64,000 bases of DNA from NCBI GenBank assembly GCA_964016885.1, contig OZ024746.1, positions 86,180,001-86,244,000 on the forward strand, in the 5' to 3' direction. Shown here piece by piece: positions 13,846-26,554 of this stretch. Position 1 is the first letter of the stretch; the number at the start of each line of letters is the position of its first letter. Under the pieces are notes generated by a model. The model saw only the letters and a list, made by a program, of their open reading frames with translations, was not told the DNA's origin and did no database searches. This DNA comes from Eledone cirrhosa (Eukaryota). The position numbers were made by a program, and so were the translations under genes.

Positions 13846-14351
13846 GTAAGCAAGAATATCAACATAGAAACGGAAGTATGTACAAAAACCTTATTGGAAC
13901 GCCAGAGAGGTCGTGCCGTGTTACACTCGAGTTGACAGGAAACTCTCAATCTCACAAGATGGGAGTCGGATGAGAGGAATCCATACAAGGTATTCGTGTT
14001 TGAGTCGCTCCAAAAATTTACTGATGATAGGCAAAAAGGAAACTACATTCTTCTAATTTGGCAAATAAACATGTGTGAGCGCGGAACTCCCCTCTCTCTC
14101 TTTCTTTCTGTCTGTCTGTCTGTCTGTCTTCCCCCCTCTCTCTCTTTCTGTGTGTGTGTGTCTGTAGCTTAATAATCAATAAGTGGGAGGACATACTATC
14201 TGCAGAATAGGTATATATTTACTTAATAACGATATTACGTAATACTGTACACTTATACATACATACATACATACATACATACATACATACATACATACAT
14301 ACATACATACATACATACACACACACATATATATATAAATATGTATAAATA

Positions 14352-14458
<107 letters not shown>

Positions 14459-14801
14459 ATGTATATATATATATATATGTGTGTGTGTATGTATGTATGT
14501 ATGTATGTATGTATGTATGTATGTATGTATGTATGTATGTATGTATATATATACACACATATATATATAAATATGTATAAATATGTATTAACCCTAGGAT
14601 AGGAAAATGCTTCTCTGATGATCTTTGCTTTTCCATTAATATCCACGTGATATCTAATGTTTTGCAACATGAAACTGTACAGTTAGGGCCATTTGAATAG
14701 GTAAATATTTATATTATATTTTTTAATTTTGATTAATTTTAATTGTATATTAATTTTGATTTATTTTGAAAAATTGGTTGAATTTTACGTTCTGCTTATC
14801 T

Positions 14802-14943
<142 letters not shown>

Positions 14944-15081
14944 GAGGTGAATAAATTGGGTGTAATACCAGTTTCGCACTAAATGCCGAGAACCACGATA
15001 TGTTGACCACTTATGTAATAATAGAGAGCATGAATATTTTAAAATCAATTGACAACCAAAGAGCTACTTCAAATCATTTTT

Positions 15082-15235
15082 AATAATGATTTCTACTATT
15101 TCTACAAGGCCAGTAATTTGAGGGGAGGGGAAAGTCGATTAAACTGACCCCAGTACGTGACTGGTACTTTATTTTATCGACCCCGTAAGGATGAATGGCA
15201 AAGCTAACCTCGGTGGGATTTGAACTCAGAACGTA
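15082..15235 (-). mobile_element. SINE family A, partial
   Basis: CTGGTACTTTATTTTATCGACCCCGTAAGGATG...GATTTGAACTCAG core shared with other copies. Confidence 0.75.
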
Positions 15236-15664
15236 AAATGTTTCTAAAAGGGAATAGTCAGGGAGTGGGTTCTGTCTGTTACACAATGAACATTAACAAG
15301 TCTCCTGCTGGTTGTCAGTCTCCATCTAGAGGAGGGTTGTTTCTCACATGGTCAATTGTATGTAGGTTGTTCCAGAGAAGGAAGCCCCTACAAACTCTTC
15401 ATATATGCCCCAAAGAAAATAGTTGAAAGCATTGTACATACTGAAGTTCTGTAAATATTTTATGATTTTCGCAGAACACATTTTTCTATTATTTTCTTTA
15501 TTAATTTCTGTTATTTAGATATTCGAAATTAATTTTTAAAATTATGTTATACAATATTTGAATACGTTTTAACATCTTTGATTTCAAGGAAAATGGGCAT
15601 TAGGATAGATACCAATAGGTGCCATATAAATAGTACAGACCAGGGTGAAGGCCCGAAGGTCACT

Positions 15665-15699
<35 letters not shown>

Positions 15700-15705
<6 letters not shown>

Positions 15706-15772
15706 TAAAATAACAGATTAAAGTTTAAGCAAAGAATCGCTGCTTTCACCCTTAACGGGATCTTCTGAAACA
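15700..15772 (-). mobile_element. Single arm of the CAGAAGA hammerhead-like family
   Basis: Matches 37304-37375; between TA tracts. Confidence 0.7.
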
Positions 15773-15857
<85 letters not shown>

Positions 15858-16043
15858 CCTTTGTGATCCTGTCTCTATTTTTGTACTCCCGAAGAATGGC
15901 TAAAGTCCGACACGTCGAACTTTTCCCCCTTTTTTTCAATATAAAGCGTGAAACTAATAAGACTGATTTAACTCTGTTTTGTCGTTTTCTTGAACGATAT
16001 ATATATGTATATTACAAAGGTGTTTGTTTGCGTCACACAAGAA

Positions 16044-16194
<151 letters not shown>

Positions 16195-16198
16195 ATTA

Positions 16199-16283
<85 letters not shown>

Positions 16284-16433
16284 TGAGTATATGTTGGTTG
16301 TTTATCGACACCTCAGTATGCAGTTTGGAGCACTCGACGAAGTGTGTAGGCTGGTTTGTTTACTCCGGAATAATGTAAAATAAGTAAGTCAAATATATAA
16401 AATTTGGCTTCGTTTATTATAAATTATAAATTT

Positions 16434-16488
16434 ACTGCTATATATATTTCGGTGACAGCCATGATTGGCTGTGACCTCTTCAGGCAGT
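16434..16488 (-). ncRNA. Type I hammerhead ribozyme
   Basis: ACTGC-CTGAAGA-GGTCACAGCC(AATCAT)GGCTGTCACC-GAAA-T(ATAT)A-TA-GCAGT. Confidence 0.85.
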
Positions 16489-16564
16489 CCGAATTGGTGT
16501 GGGGAAAGACATGTTGTTGAAGTGTGTTTCAACATGTGTACCTGTCTTTTCCACACCAATTCGG

Positions 16565-16619
16565 ACTGCCTGAAGAGGTCACAGCAAATGATGGCTGTCA
16601 CCGAAATATATATAGCAGT
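16565..16619 (+). ncRNA. Type I hammerhead ribozyme (mirror copy)
   Basis: ACTGC-CTGAAGA-GGTCACAGC(AAATGATG)GCTGTCACC-GAAA-TATATA-TA-GCAGT. Confidence 0.85.
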
Positions 16620-16706
16620 ATATCTATAATTTATAATAAACGAAGCCAAATTTTACATATTTGACTTACTTATTTTATATATATTATAAATTAAGGTTAA
16701 TTAGTT

Positions 16707-16987
16707 TCTAATACTTAAACATCTCAATGAGAGAAATCTCTCAGTGAAACAATATTATATATTTAAATTAAGTGAGAAAAAACTCTAATTATGCAAGTAC
16801 AAACAAGATAGACAAAAAAAAAACGAAATAATTCTATCTAACCTCGCCTATATATAGATCTCCCTGCTTAATAGAATACTTTTTTTGTCTATCTGGTTTA
16901 TACTCCTATAATTAGTGTTTTCTCTCACTTAATTGTAATATTGCTTCTCTGAGAAATTTCTCTCATTGAGATGTTTAAGTATTAGAG
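16707..16987. repeat. Older, diverged inverted repeat
   Basis: TCTAATACTTAAACATCTCAATGAGAGAAAT... mirrored by ...ATTTCTCTCATTGAGATGTTTAAGTATTAGA. Confidence 0.7.
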
Positions 16988-17524
16988 AATAACTAACCTT
17001 CAATTAATATTAAACTGGTCCTAAATTTGTCTTTTGGCTACTATTTCTAGCGATATTATAAGCCTGTCAAGTAGTCCTAATATGCTATAAGATTTTGATA
17101 ACGAAACGAAATACTACGCGTGTTTTTATTCCACCATGCTGCCTCGGCAAAGGAAACAGTACGTTTTATATCTTACTCAATTTCTCTTAGCTCTTGAAGA
17201 ATTAAACTCCCCTGAAGAAATAGCGTGCGGAGGGAGCCGGGGGGGGGGGGGGCACGGTGCGTTGGCCCCGGGCATTCTTTGGATGGGGGCTTCATTTGGG
17301 GAAAAGAACTTAATAAACTTGATTGATTTATATTAAAATCGAATAAAGCGTTTATTTCATGTTTCATCTATATTTATATATTTTAAGTGTTTTCCTTTCT
17401 CATAATATTTCTCAGTATATCAGGCCTTATACTTGAGTCTTTGGGGTATACAATCAAGATTTACCCCGGGCATCACCAGAGTTTTGCACGTCGCTGCCCT
17501 GAAGAGTATGGTGGATTCTTCAAA

Positions 17525-17635
17525 AATCTCGGTGTCTTGAACGAATGTGTTCCAGCTTATTCTGAGTATTTGCCGGAGGCATTTTTGGTGAAACTGCTCA
17601 AATATTATAACATGCCGTGTGTACACAGTCCATGT
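17525..17635 (-). mobile_element. RTE LINE fragment
   Basis: YTRHVIIFEQFHQKCLRQILRISW, typical of the RTE post-RT region. Confidence 0.65.
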
Positions 17636-17655
17636 CTATGTCTATATAAGCTTTA

Positions 17656-17848
17656 TAATTGTTTCTACGTTTGGCACAAGGCCAGCAATTACCCAGTGCA
17701 TTACTGGTACTTTATTTTATCGACCCCCGTAAGGATGAAAGGCAAAGTTAACCTCGGTGGGATTTGAACTCAGAATGGCAAGGGCCGTAACTCTATACGT
17801 CAAAGCATGGCATCCGACCCTCTACCGATACTGTCAATACACCGCCCT
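17656..17848 (-). mobile_element. tRNA-derived SINE family A, full length
   Basis: A/B boxes and shared core. Confidence 0.8.
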
Positions 17849-17940
17849 TTATAATGCTGACCTATGGTGAAAGACATTCTTATTATGACCATGCCGTCGT
17901 TTTTCTGGGCTTAGTGTTGCTAGACCACAAAAATCAAGAC

Positions 17941-18417
17941 ATTATGTATGATTTGAAGACATTATGTATGATTTGAAGAGAGTATGTATGATTTGAAGAG
18001 AGTATGTATGATTTGAAGAGAGTATGTATGATTTGAAGAGAGTATGTATGATTTGAAGAGAGTATGTATGATTTGAAGAGAGTATGTATGATTTGAAGAG
18101 AGTATGTATGATTTGAAGAGAGTATGTATGATTTGAAGACATTATGTATGATTTGAAGAGAGTATGTATGATTTGAAGAGAGTATGTATGATTTGAAGAG
18201 AGTATGTATGATTTGAAGACATTATGTATGATTTGAAGAGAGTATGTATGATTTGAAGAGAGTATGTATGATTTGAAGAGAGTATGTATGATTTGAAGAG
18301 AGTATGTATGATTTGAAGAGAGTATGTATGATTTGAAGAGAGTATGTATGATTTGAAGAGAGTATGTATGATTTGAAGAGAGTATGTATGATTTGAAGAG
18401 AGTATGTATGATTTGAA
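17941..18417. repeat. 20-bp minisatellite, ~24 copies
   Basis: AGTATGTATGATTTGAAGAG, with variant ATTATGTATGATTTGAAGAC. Confidence 0.95.
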
Positions 18418-18835
18418 TCAGATTTGGCTTGTATTTCTAGAAATGCAAACGATCACATACAGTTGAATTTGTTCGGGTGGTGAGGTAAACGAGAAGGGGG
18501 TAGGGTATATCTAGATTATGTGGGAGGTGGTGGCGTAACGAGTAATCATGTAGTGTGTGTAATTGTCGTAAAGGTGGTGGTGGTGGTGGTGGTGGTTGTG
18601 ATGATGGTGGTACTGGTTGAGTTTTTTGGAGATGGATTCTATGGAGGAACCGTTAGTCTGGAGAAAAGGGGGGAGAAAGTGATATCAGTGTTAGTCGACA
18701 TCCTGTCTAGGGTTTAATGTACGTTTATTGTCCTCGTTCTGAGTCGATCATGACATGTGACCCATTGGGAATAACTCGATAAGTCTATGCTGGTGGCGCT
18801 AGAGCCGGCGAGGAAGGTACACACACACACAGACA

Positions 18836-18951
<116 letters not shown>

Positions 18952-19147
18952 TACATACAATTAAACATATATACATATATACATATGTTCATACATTCAC
19001 ACACACATACATACACACACACACATATATATATACATATATATATATATACATAACATACATATGTATATGTTTATAAATATATAAATACACACACACA
19101 CACGCACACACACATATAAATATAAATATATATATATGTGTATACCT

Positions 19148-19182
<35 letters not shown>

Positions 19183-19184
<2 letters not shown>

Positions 19185-19292
19185 GTAATAATAATAAATT
19201 TGAAGACTAAAATCCAAAGAGGGCTCGATAAGGATAAATATATATCAAATATATAAGAACCGTAGAGCAAATAAATCTGTTATTTTAATAAA
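19183..19292 (-). mobile_element. Tail fragment of the CAGAAGA family
   Basis: Reverse complement of ~37430-37538. Confidence 0.7.
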
Positions 19293-19523
19293 TATATATA
19301 TATATATAGCGGCGATGAATTAGTGATAAACTATATATATGTGTTTGTGTCTATATTGTATCTGTATTATTTTTGACCGTCGGTCAGTCAATGGCAACAT
19401 TGAGGTCCGAGTAAGTTAGATTACCGATATAAAAGACAGCGAGAAGCGAAAACCAACCAAACAGTGAGTGTGTTCTGTTATTAATTCTGGCAATATTACA
19501 CAAATATGACCCTCCCCAAGTAT

Positions 19524-19599
<76 letters not shown>

Positions 19600-19805
19600 G
19601 TAGGTCCCGGGTTGAGTCGGGGATAACCACAGTAAGTAAGGTACTCAATACATGGCAGAGTAAAATTTTTTTATTTTATAGAAGGAGCTTCTACAGGACT
19701 AGTACTGTTTCATTCAGATGAAATCTTCAGGAAGCTGAAGATTTCTGAAGATTTCATCTGAATGAAACAGTACTAGTCCTGTAGAAGCTCCTTCTATAAA
19801 ATAAA
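19600..19805 (-). mobile_element. Short fold-back with left tail between TA tracts
   Basis: Arms ~19670-19730 / 19745-19805. Confidence 0.8.
19686..19736 (-). ncRNA. Type I hammerhead ribozyme
   Basis: AGCTTC-CTGAAGA-TTTC(ATCT)GAAT-GAAA-CAG(TACTAGTC)CTG-TA-GAAGCT. Confidence 0.8.
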
Positions 19806-19813
19806 AAAAAATA

Positions 19814-19907
<94 letters not shown>

Positions 19908-20161
19908 ACGGTGTATATGAAAACATATACGGTATGTTTATGTATGTACAAATGCGCTATAGCTTATTTTGTGGCAGTACCGCGTGATTAAATGTCACCG
20001 ATGACGGATATATATCCAGAAACACGTGCCATATATTCTCATATGGCTATTGATATAGCTGTCACATGAGCACAGCTTAAATTATTTTATATGAGACACT
20101 TGTATGCTTATTATACATAAACATGGTATATATGCCTTCATATACACCTGCATTATTTACC

Positions 20162-20350
20162 GGCGGTGGATTGGCAGTATCGGTAGAGGGTCGGAGGCCA
20201 TGCTTTCCAGCATAGTTACGTCCCTTTACGATCTGAGTTCAAATCCCGCCGAGGTTGACTTTACCTTTCATCCTTACGGGGTCGATAAAATAAAGTACCA
20301 GTAATGCACTGGGTAATTGCTGGCCTTGTGCCTAAAGTAGAAACAATTAT
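20162..20350 (+). mobile_element. tRNA-derived SINE family A
   Basis: TGGCAGTATCGG A box, GAGTTCAAATCC B box, CCTTTCATCCTTACGGGGTCGATAAAATAAAGTACCAG core. Confidence 0.8.
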
Positions 20351-20390
20351 CTCCCATCAAAATAAAGTAGCACTAATATAACGCGGTAAA

Positions 20391-20532
20391 TAATTGTTTC
20401 TACTTTAGGCACAAGGCCAGCAATTACCCAGTGCATTACTGGTACTTTATTTTATCGACCCCTTAAGGATGAAAGGCAAAGTCAACCTCGGCGGGATTTG
20501 AACTCAGATCGTAGAGGGACGTAACTATGCTG
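20391..20532 (-). mobile_element. SINE family A, 5'-truncated, tail-to-tail with the previous copy
   Basis: Reverse complement of 20208-20350. Confidence 0.8.
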
Positions 20533-20798
20533 GGGGGAGATAATATTAGAGAAAAGCAATGAAGAGTGACGATACTGAATGAAAACAAAAGCAATATATA
20601 CAAACACACACACACACCGACCACAACTAAATATCGAATTTTCATTGTTAAATTAATACCTATTTATATTTTATTATATATATATATCTATATTTAATAT
20701 ATATATATATATATTGAATAATATGCGGGATGTTTATGAAAAATATTTGAAGGCCTTTCGCTATGAAGATTTAAGGTTGTATATATTATATTATATTA

Positions 20799-21319
20799 CA
20801 CTAGCAGTGGTATCCGGCGTTGCATGGGATAAGGTATTTTGGAACGCGGGCTGCCAACAGACCTAATCGTGGAAAAACTGCATGTCCGGAGAGTATGTAA
20901 AGAAAATAAACCGAAAAAAGCCCTAAAAAGCTGAAAAAATGAAGTTTTTCACCTAATGCGGGCACTAGGCCATACAAAAGTTGGATTTTCTTTGCTCACG
21001 GTATGAAGAAGAGACTGGCTAATAAATAGTTACAATTTCAAGGAAATCGGTCTGACGTAACGCCTGAAAAAACCCCTAAAAAGCTGAAAAAACGTTTTTC
21101 ACCTAAAGCGGAGCCCTAGGGGATCAAAATGTGTGAATTTTTTTATGTGCATAACACTCCCCCTGAATCATAAGTAATACACATGTAAAGTTTTAAAAAA
21201 TTTGGTTGGGTACTTCTCGAGTTTTAAGGATTCAAACTCACAGACACACACACACACACACACACGCACACACACACCCACACACACAGAGACATCCTCA
21301 GTTTTATATATATAGAGAT
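20799..21319. mobile_element. Helentron-associated (DINE-1/HINE-like) non-autonomous element
   Basis: Starts ACTAGCAGTGGTATCCGGCGTTGCATGGG; internal direct repeat AAAAA.CCCTAAAAAGCTGAAAAAA; ends (CA)n..TTTTATATATAGAGAT. Confidence 0.55.
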
Positions 21320-21339
21320 TATTTTATATTATACTATCT

Positions 21340-21870
21340 GTTTGTGTTCCTACACGGAACAAAAGCGCCCAAATTTGTGACCCAGTCATTAAGTGCTTCG
21401 ACGAGTTTGAAGGTACTATTTATGAACATACTCAGACACAGAAGTGACCTCCCAGAGCTCTTCCCTATCATCAACAGAGTAAAGTAATGTTGCGTCCTAG
21501 CACCGACTCTCTTCACTATCTTCTTCAGTAAGATGATCAAGCAGGCCGCAGATCTTCATTATGAGGACAGGGTTTATATCAAATACCATCTTGGTGGCAG
21601 CCTGTTTAATCTTCGTCGACTAGAGGCCCACGCGAAGACCCTAGAGCATCTGATCCTAGACCTCCTCTTTGCCGACGATGTTACTGTTGTTGTCCATACA
21701 GAAAGAGCCTTGCAGCGCATAACTTCCAGCTTCGGCAAGACCTTCAGCTGCAACCACTGTGGCTGTGCCTGCGCGTCCCACATTGGTCTGAACACCCACG
21801 AGCGTGCCTGTAGTTAACGTAGACCACGGCATTCATAGTCTTCGTTTAAGAAGTCAAGCCAAGCCATACG
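21340..21870 (+). mobile_element. Internally deleted RTE (BovB-like) LINE
   Basis: VK*CCVLAPTLF, GSLFNLRRL, LLFADD fused to C-terminal CNHC..SHIGLNTHERAC. Confidence 0.8.
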
Positions 21871-22055
21871 TATATATACATAGATACACTTATGTAAATA
21901 TAATATAATAAAGAGCGACAAACACAGATATATACATATATGCGTTCAAATCACAAGGGACGCTTTTTTCCGTGTATGAACATAAATAGATCGATAGATA
22001 CACATTTATACACACACACACAAACATATGTATACACACACACACATATATATAT

Positions 22056-22086
<31 letters not shown>

Positions 22087-23399
22087 CACATATATATATA
22101 TACATATACACATATATATACATATACACATATATATATATACATATACACACACATATATACATATACATACTTACAAACACACACACACACACTCAGA
22201 CAAACAGACACACACACACATATATATATATATGTGTGTGTGTCTGTGTGTGTGTGTGTGTGTACGTATATGTATAATGTAAGGATATGTATGTGCATAT
22301 ATGTAAGCCTGTATGCATGTATGTCAGGTCATCAGTTGGTGCTACTGGTAACATGTATCCCAGTGCAACCTGTCTTATGGTCGGGTCGTTGGCGACTAAA
22401 CAGGCAATCCCACTAAGGTTTCTTGGTGAGGAGGGTGACTTTGGACATCCTGCAGGACTAAAAACAAAACCTGTCAAAGGGCAAAGGAGCTCTTAAGAGT
22501 CAATGGCCATCCAAAATCACCGGGAGAGATGACCCCTTAGCCTTTGTCAAGGCAGAATTCTAGGAGAAGGAAAACTCTGATATAACACCTGCAACCTTGA
22601 TGATATCCAATGATATTGACTTGTTCTTCTTTTTGGTAAATATCATCTTGGTTAAGAAAGTGGGACTGGCTTTGTGCAGTGCCTTTGCTCACTATAAAAG
22701 CTTCACGGCACAGGCATTGCTTTATATCTGGAGATCTCTCTGCACTTGTCATCACATGGTACCATGGGCCCAGCACTATGTGTCAATAATTGTCACAGGT
22801 GTAGTGTTTGTACCAGAGTTTTCAAGTCGCTGGCTGGACTAAAAAGTCACACTCGTTCAGCGCATCGGTAGGGGTTCTCCTACATGGATATAAAGTAGTG
22901 GCCGTACCCGAAAACTAGTTGGTAGCCACCATATATATATATAAATAAGTATATATAAATATATGTATATACATATATATATGTATGTGTGTGTGTATGT
23001 TTGTGTGCGGGTATGTGTGTGTGAATGTTTGTGTGCGTGTATGTGTGCGTGTGTGTGTATGTGTTGTGTGTTATTGTTTGTGTGCGTGTATGTGTGTGTG
23101 TGAATGTTTTTGCGTGTGTGTATGTATGTTTGTGTGCGTGTATGTATGTGTGTGTGTGTGAATGTTTGTGTGTGTGTGTGTGTATGTATGTGTGTGTTAT
23201 TGTTTGTGTGCGTGTATGTGTGTGTGTGAATGTTTTTGCGTGTGTGTATGTATGTTTGTGTGCGTGTATGTGTGTGTGTGTGTGTGAATGTTTGTGTATG
23301 TACATGTGAGCAGACAAATGTGGATTGTTTATCAATCTCTATCATATGCAGAGCTAATTTTAGATCGTTGTCGTGTTGGTATTTTGTATCCTTTCAATC

Positions 23400-24060
23400 T
23401 AATTTAAATATTTTCTTCAATCCCCTCTCATTAGATCCACGCACGACTGATTTCGGTCCGATGTAATCCACCGCCTTTGCAATCAAATTTATCTTTGGCT
23501 ATTTTTCTTGAGATATTTTGTCTACGAAATCTTTTTGGCAAAACGATTAAAAAAAAAAATTTCGAAGAAAGGTCAGTGCCTCAGGCCTTTACAAGTTCCC
23601 CGAGACCACATTCCATGACCTATATTTCATGTTTATACACCCACATATAAATTCTGTTCTTTGCTTTCTTTTCCATCCAATAAAACATTAAGAACAAAGA
23701 TCAAATTGAGAACAAGTTACTTATCTATGATGATACATTTTGTAAATTCTCTCCGGTGCCAGCTTCCTAACTTCGGCCACAAACCAGTGCACCGCCGCCC
23801 GCAGCGTAGGAGCAGGAAAAGAGGACTAAATACCAGCCATAAACAAACTGCTTCATTTTTATGCCGGTTGCCATTGAACCATCCAGTGCCCTCCCTAACT
23901 GCACTACCGTTTCCCTACACAAGATCGGGATAAGAGCATCACACCCGCGAAAATATAAAAACCCTGTAATGTGAAACGGCTGATGCAATGAGGGATCTTT
24001 GGCTGTTTTTCACGGCAATGCTTCGTCCCCTTGTCTGCGAGGTGCAGATGAAATATATTG
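23400..24060 (-). mobile_element. Possible very old Tx1-like ORF2 3' remnant
   Basis: Collinear weak motifs PRRQGDEAL, AVCLWLV, MWSRGTCKGLR, RRWI resemble the 4510-5165 element. Confidence 0.25.
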
Positions 24061-24253
24061 TCCAGCTAAAGGAGTAGAGTTAGCTCCTTTCCATTTCTCT
24101 GAACTTTTTGCCATTGTGATATTGAAAATGTATTTGAAATATAATTTGAAGAGATTTACAGATCTATATTATAATAAGAGTGTTGTCTGTCTGTCTGTCC
24201 GTCCGTCACACTCACTTTATATAGAGAGGGGAGCGCCCAGCTAGAGATATCTA

Positions 24254-25095
24254 CAGGGTGGTCCGAAAGTCTTGTCACCCCTTGTCACATATTGCTTTAA
24301 CTTTCACTATTTGTTGTGGCGGGGTTTACTTTGCCTTTCATCCTTACGGGGTCGATAAAATAAAGTACCAGTAATGCACTGCGTAATTGCTGGCCTTGTA
24401 CCAAAAGTAGAAACAATTATTTGTTGTGGCGGTGAATTGGCAGTATCGGTAGAGGGTTGGACGCCATGCTTTCTAGCATAGTTACGTCCCTTTACATTCT
24501 GAGTTTCAAATCCCGCCGAAGTTAACTTTGCCTTTCATCCTTACGGGGTCGATAAAATAAAGAACCAGTAATGCACTGGGATAATTGCTGGCCTTGTGCC
24601 AAAAGAAGAAACAATTATTTGTTGTGGATTGGCAGTATCGGTAGAGGGTCTGATGCCATGATTTGCAGCAAAGAGTTGTGGCCCTTTATGATCTGAGTTC
24701 AAATCCCGCCGAGGTTAACTTTGCCTTTCATCCTTACGGGGTCGATAAAATAAAGTACCAGTAATACACTGGGATAATTGCTGGCCTTGTGCCAAAAGTA
24801 GAAACAATTATTTTTTGTTTTAATAATATAATATATGATATCATTAATTATAATATATAATAATAATAATATAATTTTCTATTTCAGAGCTCCTACAGTT
24901 TGGAAGAGAGGCTGCTTGCAAGTGTATGGACACGTGATCGTGTGCATTCTGGCAAGAGCATAGAGGATGTGCGACATGACTTCACTGCAAGATTCGGTAA
25001 ACCAGCTCCTCCGAAGAGGACGATACTGCGATGGGAACATAAATTGTTTCCCATTACTTTTTGGTAGGGGGTGACAAGACTTTCGGACCACCCTG
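24254..25095 (+). mobile_element. Deleted Tc1/mariner element with nested SINE array
   Basis: 28-bp TIRs CAGGGTGGTCCGAAAGTCTTGTCACCCC, TA flanks; HTH-like KSIEDVRHDFTARFGKPAPPKRTILRWEHKLF. Confidence 0.85.
24310..24810 (+). mobile_element. Head-to-tail array of three SINE family A units
   Basis: Each unit starts TATTTGTTGTGG and ends AGAAACAATTAT. Confidence 0.8.
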
Positions 25096-25256
25096 TACAC
25101 AGATAGAGAAAAGGGAACGCCGTGTGTTTTCAAGGTAACAGAAAGAGGTAGATAAACATAAAGTTACGACATCACTCTCATCAGTACAGCGAGAGGGAGA
25201 GCGTCAAGTGAAAGAGATATACATAGATAGAGAGAGAAAAAGAACGTTATTTGTTT

Positions 25257-25361
<105 letters not shown>

Positions 25362-25859
25362 GTGTGTGTGACAGAGAGGGGGGAAAAGACGACGCCGCTC
25401 TCATCTATATATAGAGAGGGGCATCATTTGTTTAGAGAGAGAGAGACAGAGAGAGGGGAGAGAGAGAGAGTGAAGGAGAGAGAGAGTGAAGGAGAGAGAG
25501 AGAGAGAGTGAAAGAGAGAGAGAGAGAGAGAGAGAGTGAGAGAGAGAGTGAAAGAGAGAGACTGGGTGGTAGTATGTTTCCATTGATTCCAGTATCTATT
25601 TGGGATTTTTTGTACGGTTTTCATAGGAGTCTTTACAATCTATGATAGCAAATATTTGTAGACAGTTTTAAATAATTTTTGTCTGTTTTCAATACTGTAT
25701 ATATACAAGTCTTCATCTTGGTCTAAATCATAGTCTAGATTGCAAGTGACATTTCTTCTCTTTCATTTGTTTTCCTGTGCGGGCATGGGCTTAGTTTTCT
25801 GGTTGTGTATAGGTTTCGTTTTCTGGACATATGCCGACTGGGGTTTCTGTTTTCGTATG

Positions 25860-25975
25860 TGGCTGCTTTTGTAAAGCAAACCTTTACAAAATGGTGTAGT
25901 CTATGACATTTTCTGCATTCTCTGTTAAACGTATAACAGTCTTCTTTTCTTCTTCCACATCTTCCACACTGTCAA
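25860..25975 (-). pseudogene. LTR-retrotransposon gag zinc-knuckle remnant
   Basis: QCGRCGRRKEDCYTFNRECRKCHRLHHFVKVC (CX2CX4HX4C preceded by CxxCG). Confidence 0.6.
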
Positions 25976-26554
25976 GTGTTTTTTATTGTTACTCCATGAC
26001 ATGGATCCGTCTTTCTTTTACTGACATCTTTGTAACATGTACTGTGTTTTATCACAGCTTCATATCTTCTTACGTTTTCAAAAGATAACTCTATCGTAAG
26101 ATTTGGTTTATTTATAAGACTTCGTTTTCCATCTGTCCACTTCAATCTTTTTATTATTTGTTCAAGGATTAGGGCGGCAGAATAGAGTTCTTTTGCATCA
26201 GATCGGCTTCAAAAATTCTGAATACATTTGTTGATATTTCTTTCTATTCTGCAATAAAATTCGAACTATGTGTTAATTCTCAACCCTTTTGTCCTGTAAT
26301 AAGTAAAATATAATTGTGTGTCAAGTTTTCATCTATTTTGTTGAAGTAAGAGCTCATAAAATCGACCCATTTCATTTGGTAACAGGATTATTGACGCCGC
26401 CATGTTTGACGCTCGCCGTTTGATTCAGCTCACTTGGACATGTTTGTAAAGAGAAAACTGTAACTTCTTAATCGTATTGTCATCAGCTTTGCGATTGTTT
26501 GACTTTCAATTTTTGTCTTGTTTTTAGGTGTGATTCTGGTGCAGTCATAATGCA

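Larger units (their letters stand above)
16283..16680 (-). mobile_element. Fold-back with tail on the left (16283-16380), hammerhead in each arm
   Basis: Arms ~16378-16512 / 16543-16678. Confidence 0.8.

Noticed and set aside
17222-17496. hAT-like MITE with GC-rich ends
   Set aside because: Left terminus and TSD not identifiable
17941-18417. CRISPR-like arrays (also 26555-28127 and 2945-3165)
   Set aside because: No unique spacers, no cas genes, eukaryotic context
20162-20250. tRNA genes
   Set aside because: A/B boxes belong to multi-copy SINE heads; no cloverleaf
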